Positions 10,150 to 19,982 of a DNA stretch of 64,000 bases are shown here, in pieces. The stretch is from NCBI GenBank assembly GCA_040398805.1, contig JBBATK010000001.1, positions 377,933 to 441,932 of the forward strand. Reading direction: 5' to 3'. The DNA comes from Candidatus Kapaibacterium sp. (GTDB lineage: Bacteria > Bacteroidota > Ignavibacteria > Kapaibacteriales > NICIL-2). The position numbers and the translations under genes are program-made. How positions within the stretch are numbered: position 1 is the stretch's first letter; each line of letters opens with the position of its first letter. The notes below the pieces were generated by a model. It saw only the letters and a program-made list of their open reading frames with translations, searched no databases and was not told the DNA's origin.

Positions 10150-13100
10150 AGCATCCCGCTCTCTCCCCGCGAGTGCTGATCCTTGGCGTCGTGGTGTTCG
10201 TCGTCCTGCTGCTCGGTGTCCGCGCCGGAGCACAGGTGGCACCGGTGAATCCATATGCAGAAGAACTCGGTTTGTCCCATGCCCGCTGGATGTTCCTTGA
10301 GGAGATGTATGCCGCATCATCGAGACACTACGCTGTGTTCGACGTTCTTGTGTCGTCGGGTGCACCCTCTCCTCTACCCGCAAGCGAGATCACACGCTAT
10401 CGGATGGTGCTGGCATATCTGAATGCGGGACGAACGGACCTTGCCGAATATCATGCGAGGAAGTTCTTCGAAGACAGCGGACGCTCCCGTTCCTTGGATG
10501 CCTTCACCCTGTCCATTCGCGGTATCATTCGAGTTCGCGATCGTGATTTCGCCGGTGCTGCGTCCATGTTCCGTCGTGCATGTGCGGATTCCATCATCAT
10601 CGCGCGTCCGGAGAACGACACGGTCCTGCGGAGTCTTCATCGATTCTCCTCGTTCTGGCTGGCGAATTCGCTCCTGTTGTCGGGCGCATCCGGCGAAGCG
10701 ATGACGGTGTATTCGCAAATCACCACCGACACCGTGTCTGATTATGCGGACGATGCCTGGTACGCCATCGGTCAGATCCACGAATCACAAAGCGGGAACG
10801 ACGATGCGTACGCTGCCTATATGCAGGTCGTAGAGAGATACCCACGCGGGAATTGCACGCTCGTGGCGAACATCCGTGCCGCTCAATGCTTGCTCCGCCG
10901 GCGGGAGACGAGCAATGCGCTGACGCGGTTGGCGGCGGCCGATGATCTGCTCAGCGAGAGACTCGCTACCGACTCCGCCTCTTCCTCGGATCGGACACGA
11001 CGGTGGACCGGTATCGATGAGACGTCCATGGTCCGGTATCTGCGTGGCGAGGCGTTGCATTCCTTGGGATTGTACGAAGGAGCGATCCGGGAATTCGACT
11101 TCGTGACGAAACAGACAGTGCCGGAAGATCTCAAAGACCAAGCCTTCTTCGGCATGGGAGCGTCGTTCATGGCACAGTCTGAATGGACAGCGGCCATCAC
11201 GGCTTTCGATGCCGTCCTCACCCGTCGACCGGATCTCTCGAACACCGTGTCATCACTGGCACTCCTGTTCAAAGGAGTGGCAACGAAGCAGAGCGGCGAC
11301 CGCCGATCCGCCTATGATCTCTTCCGCCGGTGTGCGGAATCTTCCCAGAGCGTGCATCCGGACCGAGCAATGTTGGAACTTGGACAGATGTACTATGAAG
11401 ACGGTCGTCTGGATTCGGCCAAGAGCGTTCTTCATAGGGCCGAAAAAGAGTCCGGAGATGCTCGCTCGGGCATACGAAGCAACATCGTCCTCGGTTCCGT
11501 CCACATGACCTTAGGTGAGTGGAGTCCGGCTCGTGCGTGTTATGACAAAGCAGAGATTCTTTTGAAAAAAACGGCGGTGGACGGAACCTTCTCTCGCGAA
11601 CAGTTCGAAGACGAAATCCATGTCAAGCGCGGAATAGCCCATCACCAGGATGCGCAGTATCGTGAAGCGATCAATGATCTGACGGCGTACCTGAGTCGGC
11701 ATCCGGACGACGATCGGGCGGATGAAGCGCTCTTCTGGTTGGCGGAGACCTTTTTCCGTGCCCAGCTCATGAAGAATGCCACGGAGAGTTATAAGAAGCT
11801 CATTCTCAATTTCGGTGCGAGTAAACGTCGTGAAGAGGCACTCTACGGTCTGGGGTGGACGTTGTTTCGTGTTCGCGACTTCGATTCTGCCGGCACGGTG
11901 TTCTCGACGTTACTGAACGAGTTCCCGCAGTCACGATTCGCGGGCGACGTCTATGTGCGAAAAGGCGATGCGCAATACCTGACGAAAAAGTATGCAGACG
12001 CTGCGAGGACCTACCGGTCGGCCGTGACGACAATGGATGCGAGCGAGCTTTCCGCCTATGCGGAATTCCAGGTGGGACAGTCCCTGTATCGGGCCAAGGA
12101 ATACGGCCCGGCCATCGATGAACTCGAGTCATTCGTGGCGAACCACGCAACGTCCGGACTCGCCGATCATGCCCTGTACACGGTGGGCTACATCCACAGC
12201 TTGCAGGACCGGCATGCGGAGGCATTGCGGGTGTTCGAGAAGCTGACGAAGCAGTATCCGACGAGTGAACTCGTTCCCGCGTCCTTGTATTACGCTGCAA
12301 ACTCCCAGTATGCACTTGGCGAGTATGCCGACGCTGCGGAGAGATACCGCAGTCTGATGGGTCTGTATCCGAACACCTACTACGGCATCGAGGCATTGCG
12401 CGGACTCCAGGAAAGTTTGAGCGTCCTAGGCAGGAACGACGAGGCCATCGAGGCCGGCAAGGCATATCTGTCGGCGAATCCCGATGGTTCAGTGCAGGAA
12501 CAGATATCCATGAAGACCATCGAGATATTCCTGCGTAAAGGCGATTACGGAAGCGCAGCCCGGGAGTATCAGGAGTTCCTGAAGAAGTATCCCGACAGCG
12601 ACCTGAGTGCGGAGGCGTTGTTCCTTCTTGCGAAGAGCCAGTTGGGATTGAACGATATGGATGCAGCTCGCCAGACATTGTCGCTCTTATACACCAAGCA
12701 TGAACGGAGCGACTTCGCTGCCCAAGGACTGATGCAGCTCGCTCTTCTTGAACTTCGTCGCGCGAACGTCACCCGTGCCGACTCCCTCTTCGCGTTGGTC
12801 AGTGCGAAGTACGACCGAAGCGAACTTGCCGCTCATGCGCTCTACGAGCAGGCGGGACTTTCCATGGGACGTGGTGATACGGTCCGTTCTTTGACGTTAT
12901 ATCGGCGTTCCGGCGACCTGAATCTTGGCGAGTATTCGCATCAATCATTGTATCGTGTGGCCATGCACTATCGGAGCAAAGGAATGGACGATTCCGCGCG
13001 CAGTGCTTTCCGTCGTGTCGCGGGCATTACGGACAATCCCTCGCTTGCCGCTGAGTGCGTGTATAGAATCGGCGAATCGCATTTGACCTTGCGTCAATAC

Positions 13101-13316
13101 GCGGATGCACTCACAGCCTTCGAAGAGGTCCGAAACTCCTTCGACAGTATCGAAGATTGGTATACGTTGTCGCTGATCGGCCTTGGAGAGTGCTACGAGA
13201 AAACGGACAACACGGCGAAAGCACGGGAGACCTATCAGACCGTGATCATCCTGCACCCGAATGACGACTTCGGCACGACGGCACATTCACGGCTCAAACG
13301 CCTTCGCAAGGAATAA
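10146..13316 (+). CDS. Secreted/periplasmic giant TPR-repeat protein (1056 aa) with CpoB/YbgF-like repeat units
   Basis: Signal peptide MKHPALSPRVLILGVVVFVVLLLGVRAGAQ. After it, more than 20 TPR-like units repeat the motif '...A.Y..G......Y..A...F..L...YP.S..A..ALY'. The start overlaps the ftsW stop (ATGA). Confidence 0.8.
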   Translation: MKHPALSPRVLILGVVVFVVLLLGVRAGAQVAPVNPYAEELGLSHARWMFLEEMYAASSRHYAVFDVLVSSGAPSPLPASEITRYRMVLAYLNAGRTDLAEYHARKFFEDSGRSRSLDAFTLSIRGIIRVRDRDFAGAASMFRRACADSIIIARPENDTVLRSLHRFSSFWLANSLLLSGASGEAMTVYSQITTDTVSDYADDAWYAIGQIHESQSGNDDAYAAYMQVVERYPRGNCTLVANIRAAQCLLRRRETSNALTRLAAADDLLSERLATDSASSSDRTRRWTGIDETSMVRYLRGEALHSLGLYEGAIREFDFVTKQTVPEDLKDQAFFGMGASFMAQSEWTAAITAFDAVLTRRPDLSNTVSSLALLFKGVATKQSGDRRSAYDLFRRCAESSQSVHPDRAMLELGQMYYEDGRLDSAKSVLHRAEKESGDARSGIRSNIVLGSVHMTLGEWSPARACYDKAEILLKKTAVDGTFSREQFEDEIHVKRGIAHHQDAQYREAINDLTAYLSRHPDDDRADEALFWLAETFFRAQLMKNATESYKKLILNFGASKRREEALYGLGWTLFRVRDFDSAGTVFSTLLNEFPQSRFAGDVYVRKGDAQYLTKKYADAARTYRSAVTTMDASELSAYAEFQVGQSLYRAKEYGPAIDELESFVANHATSGLADHALYTVGYIHSLQDRHAEALRVFEKLTKQYPTSELVPASLYYAANSQYALGEYADAAERYRSLMGLYPNTYYGIEALRGLQESLSVLGRNDEAIEAGKAYLSANPDGSVQEQISMKTIEIFLRKGDYGSAAREYQEFLKKYPDSDLSAEALFLLAKSQLGLNDMDAARQTLSLLYTKHERSDFAAQGLMQLALLELRRANVTRADSLFALVSAKYDRSELAAHALYEQAGLSMGRGDTVRSLTLYRRSGDLNLGEYSHQSLYRVAMHYRSKGMDDSARSAFRRVAGITDNPSLAAECVYRIGESHLTLRQYADALTAFEEVRNSFDSIEDWYTLSLIGLGECYEKTDNTAKARETYQTVIILHPNDDFGTTAHSRLKRLRKE

Positions 13317-13319
13317 CGC

Positions 13320-14942
13320 ATGAAATGCACCATCGTCATCGTGATGTTTTCGCTGCTTGCCGTGTCGGCCTCCGCACAGCAAGGCGGCACCTCTGCGGGC
13401 GGCGGTTCCACGCCGAGCTCGCCGATCGACGTTCCCGACATCATCGTCAAGGGCTCTGCGACGTTGCGACTCATGACGACGACCTTCCTCAAGCAGACAC
13501 CATCGGCAATATCACCGCTCACGCGTCGAGAGTTGGATTCGCTGAATCCCAAGCAGAAGCATGAGATTCTTGCGCTCGCACCGGCCTCACCTCCGTCGGA
13601 GATTCCTCTGCCACAGCGGTACGACGGCATGGTCTCCGCCTCCGTGGGCATGTTCCAGACACCCGAAGTCACCGCATCGTATGATGCCACCGTCCTTGGT
13701 TATGCCACGGCTCTCGAGGCGTCGTACATGGCCACGCAAGGGTATCAGTCCGCAACCGACATGCATTCCCTGTCGCTGGGTATCGGCGGTCATCGGCAGT
13801 ACAGAGACGCATCGGGCCCACTCGGATCGGAATATCACGATTGGTCTCTTTCAACGCGATCGGTCGGATATTCGCTCTTCGCGGTCCCGGACTCCGCAAG
13901 CAGACGGAGCGTGTCACGCTTCGGCATCTCTTCCACCATGGACCACGTCACCTCCTTGATGCGCATTCACAGCGAGCTTTCGCTTGGCTCCGTGGCCATG
14001 GATGAGTCGCTCGGTTCCACGGTACGTTCCAGCGAACAGCAATTGCGACTCGTCACGAATTTCACGCAGACGGTCAGCGAAACCGACCATCATCTCAGGA
14101 TTGCCGTGGATGCACGCCCGTTCGCTTCGGTCTTGATGAGCGATAACACGGTGTCGTACGAAGTCTCGACGCTTGTCGGCGGCATGAACGTTTCCGGAAC
14201 AGTCGGAGTCCGTGGAGGAACGAACTCTGCGAGCGGAAAGGTGGTCGATGTCATCGGCGGACTCGACGCCCGTCAACGTCTGTCATCGTCCGTCATGGCC
14301 GGCGTCACCGTCTACCGTAATCTTGAAAACACGTTCTTCTCGCGTGCCTTGGCAGATAATCCTTATGTCCGCACTGATGCCCTTTTCGATTTCACTCGGG
14401 TTGCCGCCGGATCCGAAGTCTACGTGAAACTCACGCCCACTCGCTTTGTCATGTGCGATGTGCGGCTGGGGTATGATGCGTTCACGTCGTTCCTTGTTCC
14501 CGTGTTCGATTCGGGTACGGCGTTTCGACTACAGTATGTTCCCGCTCGCCGAACGCGCCTGCGGGTTCATGCCGAGTGGCAGACGGGTTCGCTGTCGGAC
14601 CTTACGTTTGATACCGAACTTCGGAGCGTGGTGGGCGAGACGGACGAAACGATTCCCTATCAGGCTGCATTGACCTCGCGCGTCGGATACCTTCATCGGT
14701 TCAGTGATCGGTGGACGGCGGAGATCGGCGTGTCCTACGTGTCGTCGCGTCGCACCACGTCCACAGACGATGCCACCCTACCGGGATATCTGTTCGTGGA
14801 CGGACGGGTGCAGTTTGCCATGACCCGCACTCTCGCCGCGTTTCTCTCGACGCAGAACCTTACAAATAGTTCTATTTTTGTCTTCGAACGCTATCGCGAA
14901 CGGACCGCATTTGCGTCACTGGGACTTCAGTGGAAATTCTGA
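13320..14942 (+). CDS. Outer-membrane beta-barrel protein (540 aa), uncharacterised
   Basis: Signal peptide MKCTIVIVMFSLLAVSASAQ. Alternating amphipathic beta-strand pattern throughout, with an aromatic C-terminus ...SLGLQWKF. Starts 4 nt after the TPR gene stop. Confidence 0.6.
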   Translation: MKCTIVIVMFSLLAVSASAQQGGTSAGGGSTPSSPIDVPDIIVKGSATLRLMTTTFLKQTPSAISPLTRRELDSLNPKQKHEILALAPASPPSEIPLPQRYDGMVSASVGMFQTPEVTASYDATVLGYATALEASYMATQGYQSATDMHSLSLGIGGHRQYRDASGPLGSEYHDWSLSTRSVGYSLFAVPDSASRRSVSRFGISSTMDHVTSLMRIHSELSLGSVAMDESLGSTVRSSEQQLRLVTNFTQTVSETDHHLRIAVDARPFASVLMSDNTVSYEVSTLVGGMNVSGTVGVRGGTNSASGKVVDVIGGLDARQRLSSSVMAGVTVYRNLENTFFSRALADNPYVRTDALFDFTRVAAGSEVYVKLTPTRFVMCDVRLGYDAFTSFLVPVFDSGTAFRLQYVPARRTRLRVHAEWQTGSLSDLTFDTELRSVVGETDETIPYQAALTSRVGYLHRFSDRWTAEIGVSYVSSRRTTSTDDATLPGYLFVDGRVQFAMTRTLAAFLSTQNLTNSSIFVFERYRERTAFASLGLQWKF

Positions 14943-16807
14943 GCGAGTCGCTCACCGATGTTATGATCGACGAGAAGGATCTGCAATCAACGTTTGATGA
15001 CGACGGCTTCGCCGACGAGCGCGAGGAGAATGCCGCGTTCCGACTCGAGTCGCTCGAGAGCTATCCCGATGCCGTCCCATTCGAACTGGAGGAGGGTACG
15101 GAAGAGCCTTCTGCAAACGACAGTGTCAAGTTGCCGCCTGCGACTGTCGCCGCCATCAAGGCAGACCTGGAAACAAGCAGACGGCGTAAAGCCAAACCCG
15201 ACACCTTGGAACTGAGTATTGACCGGCTTCGTAAGGTGCTCAGTTCCACCTCGGAAGAAGTGGCCGAGTACACCATCCAGAATGACCTGTTTTCCGTGGA
15301 TATGTCGGGCATGCAGTCGGCATCACCGGACGATGATTTCTCCATGGACGATCGTCCGTCTCTCACCGAGCGAAAGAAAAAAGCCAAAGTCGTGGAAACA
15401 CCCCTATGGGATGATGCCGCCTCGGGTCCTTCGGATGAAAAAACCGCGAAAAGACCATCGGGGAAACGCAAGAAAAGACGGTCAGGTGTCGCCTTTCCGA
15501 TCATCCCCATTGCGGCAGGTCTTGCCGGCGTGAGTATCATCATCGGTGCGTACTTCTTCTTCGCTATGAGGAAGAAAACACCGGACGTCGAGAGCAAAGC
15601 GGTAGCAACAAAAGAGCCCGCGAAGAGTCCTTCTTCGCGTCCGTCAGATGGAACGGTCGATGGAACGCTCAAAGACTCGACTCCGGATTCGATAGGCAGC
15701 GGCTCTGCACGCGAATCACTCACCGGAAAAGATTCGGTGGCCGGGTCATCCGTCCCCGTCAATACCGTTACGTCGACAGAAAAGATGCAGTCACAGGGTA
15801 CCGGGCACGCAGCCTCACCGATGATCGCATCCGGCAACCCTACCGGCAACCATGATGGCGCTGCGAAACACACAACAACAGTCGCATCGACATCGAAGAC
15901 CGCTGCTGCGACTTCGACATCAGCGCACACCACGGTACCATCGCACGCTGCGGCACAGGACGGGAAGACGACGCAACCGATGAATCCGTTGCGGAAGACG
16001 ATGAGTGCCAATCCTGGTGCATCTGCGCCGACTGCGTCGCAAGGTCCGAAAAGCACTGGCACGCCGCTCGATGCGAAAGTTGAAAAAACAGCACCCCGTC
16101 AGGTTTTGCCCCCGACGATCACATCTGTCTCGAAGAGAACCGCTTCATCGAGTGTGAATTCCACGCCGATTGCACCGGCGAAACCTCGAACATCGGAGGA
16201 CCGGAAAACGAACGAGCCGCCTGTGACTGCCGATAAGCGCCCCTCGCACAATGCCTCACCTACCGCAGTGGGTAGGAAGATGACAGAAACTCCGACTCAA
16301 CGCAACATGGCTTCCTCTTCAGTTCTGCCCGCGAAGACCGCGTCGCCACCGTCAACGAAACAGAGCATGGGTGATGTCAAAAGCAGAGACGAAAAGTCGC
16401 CGGTCAAGACGCCGAGCAGGGCACCCGAAAAGACGATCGCTTCTGCGGAGAGCATGACGTTGTCATCGAAGATCAAGAAGACGACGGAATCAGCCGCGCC
16501 GGCGACTCCGCAACCGACGGTTCAATCCACGTTCACGTCCATAGGCAGTATCTCCGTGCGCAATGCATCCGGATCCACTGCCCGTTACAGTGTCCACGTG
16601 TACTCAACGGCATTCAAGAGCGATGCCGAACGCTGGCTGGACAAACTCCAACAGCGTCGCATCCAGGAAGGGTACATCACCGAACAACAGGTGCGAGGAA
16701 GAACTGTGTACAACATCCGTTTCGGCAGCTTTCGCTCAAAAGAGGAGGCTGAGGGTGCGTTAGCGAAGTACGGCTTTCCCACGGCGGTCATCTGCCGAAT
16801 ACAGTAG
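14930..16807 (+). CDS. Bitopic SPOR-domain protein (FtsN/DedD-like septal peptidoglycan-binding protein) with a long disordered Ser/Thr/Pro/Ala-rich linker
   Basis: Acidic cytoplasmic N-terminus (~195 aa), then a single TM (VAFPIIPIAAGLAGVSIIIGAYFFFAM). A low-complexity linker of about 350 aa follows. The C-terminal SPOR fold is ...YSVHVYSTAFKSDAERWLDKLQQRRIQEGYITEQQVRGRTVYNIRFGSFRSKEEAEGALAKYGF. Confidence 0.7.
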   Translation: MEILSESLTDVMIDEKDLQSTFDDDGFADEREENAAFRLESLESYPDAVPFELEEGTEEPSANDSVKLPPATVAAIKADLETSRRRKAKPDTLELSIDRLRKVLSSTSEEVAEYTIQNDLFSVDMSGMQSASPDDDFSMDDRPSLTERKKKAKVVETPLWDDAASGPSDEKTAKRPSGKRKKRRSGVAFPIIPIAAGLAGVSIIIGAYFFFAMRKKTPDVESKAVATKEPAKSPSSRPSDGTVDGTLKDSTPDSIGSGSARESLTGKDSVAGSSVPVNTVTSTEKMQSQGTGHAASPMIASGNPTGNHDGAAKHTTTVASTSKTAAATSTSAHTTVPSHAAAQDGKTTQPMNPLRKTMSANPGASAPTASQGPKSTGTPLDAKVEKTAPRQVLPPTITSVSKRTASSSVNSTPIAPAKPRTSEDRKTNEPPVTADKRPSHNASPTAVGRKMTETPTQRNMASSSVLPAKTASPPSTKQSMGDVKSRDEKSPVKTPSRAPEKTIASAESMTLSSKIKKTTESAAPATPQPTVQSTFTSIGSISVRNASGSTARYSVHVYSTAFKSDAERWLDKLQQRRIQEGYITEQQVRGRTVYNIRFGSFRSKEEAEGALAKYGFPTAVICRIQ

Positions 16808-16873
16808 GATGAGCTCAGCGTTGTAAATTACGAGGTCCGACAAGCAGCATCGTCGGACGTCCGACCAATCCCC

Positions 16874-17713
16874 ATGCGATCACCGAACGAGAATACACGC
16901 GAGGTCATAATCCGTATCCCGGTATTTCGCATACCGTGGGATTCGAACACCTTTCGCGGATTCCTTTTGGGGTTGTTCCTTCTTCTCCTGTTCGTGTCCA
17001 TCAGTCCTTTCATTAAAATCACCGCTCCTTCTCTTCCATCAAGCGATACGACGGCTATTCCCATCACGATCCTCACCCAGCTTCGATTCGGTGAGGGCGA
17101 CAAGGTGGGTAAGAGTCATGGCAACCTCCAACAGGAAGGGGCGAAGGCGCAAGCACCGACAAACGCTCCGAGATTCGCCGACGCGTCCGCACCGGCCAAA
17201 GGCGAGCGCGCATCGAATGCCAAACCGGCTTCGACGCAGGACCTTCAGGTGAATGTACAACCCGTGCGGCGGGATCCGGAAACCGCCAAACAGACGGGAA
17301 CGGGAAGCGCGTCGGAGACGACGACGACGGCGAAGAACGCCATTGCCGACAATACGTCTGCGCCGTTATCGGGGGACCGCACGAGCAATCAAGCGGGAAC
17401 CGGTCGCGGATGGTCCGGCTCAGGTTCGGGTGCCGGCTTGGGATACAATATCGAATGGGGTGGGGGCGGTGGGAATGTCGTTGTTCTCAACAAGTCCATA
17501 CCCAAGCCGCCGCAAGGACTGAACAACTCGACCATCGTGAAACTGAAGTTCGTCGTGGATAAGAACGGCGACGTGGAAAGCGTCATTCCCCTGACCCGCG
17601 GTGCGCCGCAAGCGGAGAGCGCGGCGCTCAAAGCGATGTGGTTATGGAAATTCCGGGTCAAGAACGAACAACGGGCCGAGGGAATCATCAAGTTCACGTT
17701 CGATGTCAACTAA
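16874..17713 (+). CDS. TonB/TolA-like energy-transducer-family protein (N-terminal TM anchor, Pro/Ala/Thr-rich spacer, C-terminal TonB_C-like domain)
   Basis: TM FRGFLLGLFLLLLFVSISPFI. C-terminal ~80 aa (VVLNKSIPKPPQGL...VKLKFVVDKNGDVESVIPLTRGAPQ...AALKAMWLWKFRV) has the TonB_C / TolA C-domain pattern. Confidence 0.55.
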   Translation: MRSPNENTREVIIRIPVFRIPWDSNTFRGFLLGLFLLLLFVSISPFIKITAPSLPSSDTTAIPITILTQLRFGEGDKVGKSHGNLQQEGAKAQAPTNAPRFADASAPAKGERASNAKPASTQDLQVNVQPVRRDPETAKQTGTGSASETTTTAKNAIADNTSAPLSGDRTSNQAGTGRGWSGSGSGAGLGYNIEWGGGGGNVVVLNKSIPKPPQGLNNSTIVKLKFVVDKNGDVESVIPLTRGAPQAESAALKAMWLWKFRVKNEQRAEGIIKFTFDVN

Positions 17714-17725
17714 TCCAGGAATACG

Positions 17726-19219
17726 GTGAGTACCACAAAGGCCTCCTCGTCATCGACACGTGCAGCCGCCGGAGCCGGAATACTCTTCGTCTCGCAGTTA
17801 CTCGGCAACGCCATCTACTTTCTCATCCAGCGTACCATCATCAGCGAACTTCCCAAGGAGAGTTTCGGCGCGCTGTCGTTCGTGCAACAGACCTGTTCCC
17901 TTCTCCTCGTCGTGCTCGTCGATGCCGGAATCAACAACGTGGCCGTTCGGGAGATACTCCATCGGCCGGAACGGGAGCGGGAGATCGTCTCATCGGCTTT
18001 CTGGGTGCGCGTTTTCACGTCGATTGTTTCCGTCGCAATGATTGCGGCGTTCTTCTGGTGGACCGATGCCTCGCTGCTTGCGGTTGGAACCATGTGCGTT
18101 ATCGCCGTGAGCATCTCCGGACGTATGACCATGCTACGCAGCTCGATGGAGTTGCCGCTGAGAGCCGGAATGAACTATGGTCTCATCGCCACGCTCTTCA
18201 TTCTCGACACGCTCCTCTACGCTTGTGCGCTGTGGATGTTCAAAGGTCGTTTGAGTCCTCTCACCATCCTCACGCTCCAAGCGGTCACGTCCCTTCCCGG
18301 CTTCCTCCTACTCATCGTGCGAGTCCGCGGACTCCGCTATGTGTTACCGTTGCCCGCGATGTCGGACATGCGTCAGCTCCTTCGTGAAACGCGCGCGATC
18401 ATCTCGCAGTTGGTCCTGCAGAACATCCATGCCGGACTCGACATCTTCATCCTTCGCTTCACCTCGTCCCTCACGGAACTCGCCATCTTCGGGGCGGTGG
18501 CCAACATCAGTGTCATCATCCTTACGCTCTATAACGCACTCTCCACCGCCGTCTATCCGCTCCTTGCCGAACGCGATACGTCCGACGACCCCTCGATGCT
18601 CAACGCCCGCATCATCCGCTCACTCTCCGTGGTATCGTTCGCCGCTATGTCGGTGGCGTCGGTATTATGCGCTCTCGCTCCGCTGATCATCCGCATCTTC
18701 ACGAAGAACGTCTATATCGACCACGTCGCCGAGTTCCAGCTGCAATTCTGGTGCACGGTGGCGATCGTCCTCTCGCAATTCACGCTCGTCGTCAACACAG
18801 CCATGAAGACGCATAGGGCCGTGTTCTTCTCAGGAGTCTCGTTGGTGGTTGGAAGCCTCATGTTCGACTTCGCTCTCATTCCCGGGTTGGGAACGCGCGG
18901 AATGCTCATTGCCAAAGGGCTGTCGAATCTTCTCAGCGTCGGCGTCGGGTTGGCGTTCATCGCTCGGTCGGTGGGAACATCATCCATGCTTGTCTTCCTT
19001 GGACGCCTGATACCGGTCGCTACGGTGCTATGCGTGGCCTCGCTGACCGTCCTGACCTACATACCGTCCGTGTTCCTTGCCGCCGCATGCATGGGCGCGT
19101 TATCAGTCGTTCTTGCCGCCGTCTCCCGCATGATCACGATGGCGGAGGTGACGCTCTTCACGTCGATGGCACGGAGGATCATTCCCCGGCGTGCTCCGCA
19201 GAGTACCGCTCAAGAGTGA
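17726..19219 (+). CDS. MOP-superfamily polysaccharide/lipid-linked oligosaccharide flippase (Wzx/MurJ-like), 497 aa
   Basis: Predicted 12-14 TM helices; the N-terminal [27 protein letters not shown] resembles the Wzx/MurJ family start. 3' end overlaps convergent lptB by 41 bp. Confidence 0.65.
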   Translation: MSTTKASSSSTRAAAGAGILFVSQLLGNAIYFLIQRTIISELPKESFGALSFVQQTCSLLLVVLVDAGINNVAVREILHRPEREREIVSSAFWVRVFTSIVSVAMIAAFFWWTDASLLAVGTMCVIAVSISGRMTMLRSSMELPLRAGMNYGLIATLFILDTLLYACALWMFKGRLSPLTILTLQAVTSLPGFLLLIVRVRGLRYVLPLPAMSDMRQLLRETRAIISQLVLQNIHAGLDIFILRFTSSLTELAIFGAVANISVIILTLYNALSTAVYPLLAERDTSDDPSMLNARIIRSLSVVSFAAMSVASVLCALAPLIIRIFTKNVYIDHVAEFQLQFWCTVAIVLSQFTLVVNTAMKTHRAVFFSGVSLVVGSLMFDFALIPGLGTRGMLIAKGLSNLLSVGVGLAFIARSVGTSSMLVFLGRLIPVATVLCVASLTVLTYIPSVFLAAACMGALSVVLAAVSRMITMAEVTLFTSMARRIIPRRAPQSTAQE

Positions 19220-19964
19220 AGTTCTGTCCAAGGTAGCGCCGACGGACCTCCGGATTTCCTGCCACCTCCTCAGCCGTTCCCGAAGCGAACACCTTGCCTT
19301 CGATAAGGATGTAGGATCGGTCGGTGATGGACAAGGTTTCGTGGACGTTATGGTCGGTGATCAAGACACCGATGCCCCGATGCTTCAGGGTGCGGACCAT
19401 GTGCATGATATCCTCCACAGCGATGGGATCGATACCCGCGAACGGTTCGTCGAGCAAGACGAATTTGGGATTGCAAGCCAAGGTGCGAGCTATTTCTGTG
19501 CGACGGCGCTCGCCGCCGGAAAGCATGTAGCCCTTGCTGCTTCTGATATGGGTGATGTTGAAGTCGTGAAGGAGCTCCTCGCACCGTTCCCGACGCTCGC
19601 TTCGCGACATCGGCTGCAATTCGAGGATCGCCATGATGTTCTCCTCGACACTGAGCTTGCGGAAGACGGATGCCTCCTGAGGAAGATAGCTGATACCGAG
19701 TCGGGCCCTCTGGAACATGGCCTTTCTCGTGATATCCACCCCATCTAGAAAAATAGCGCCTTCTGTCGGCTGGACCATCCCGACGATCATATAGAACGAC
19801 GTCGTCTTCCCTGCTCCGTTCGGACCTAAAAGCCCCACGCACTCACCCTGCCGCACCTGGTAGGACACATGATCCACGACGGTGCGTTTGGCGTAGACCT
19901 TGGCAATGGAGCGGGCCTCAAGGATACTCGTCCCTTCGTGTTCTTCGGAAGTCTGGCTCATCAT
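19179..19964 (-). CDS. lptB: LPS export ABC transporter ATP-binding protein
   Basis: Walker [13 protein letters not shown] signature LSGGERRR, Walker B VLLDEP. Length of 261 aa and the C-terminal extension are typical of LptB. Confidence 0.85.
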   Translation of the reverse strand: MMSQTSEEHEGTSILEARSIAKVYAKRTVVDHVSYQVRQGECVGLLGPNGAGKTTSFYMIVGMVQPTEGAIFLDGVDITRKAMFQRARLGISYLPQEASVFRKLSVEENIMAILELQPMSRSERRERCEELLHDFNITHIRSSKGYMLSGGERRRTEIARTLACNPKFVLLDEPFAGIDPIAVEDIMHMVRTLKHRGIGVLITDHNVHETLSITDRSYILIEGKVFASGTAEEVAGNPEVRRRYLGQNFTLERYSAEHAGE

Positions 19965-19982
19965 AGGATTCGTTGTGGCGCG

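Noticed and set aside
15560-16540. Low-complexity, repeat-like DNA that could be mistaken for a tandem repeat or CRISPR-like array
   Set aside because: It is in frame within the SPOR protein and encodes a Ser/Thr/Pro/Ala-rich linker. There are no exact direct repeats with unique spacers. No CRISPR repeats were found anywhere in the window.
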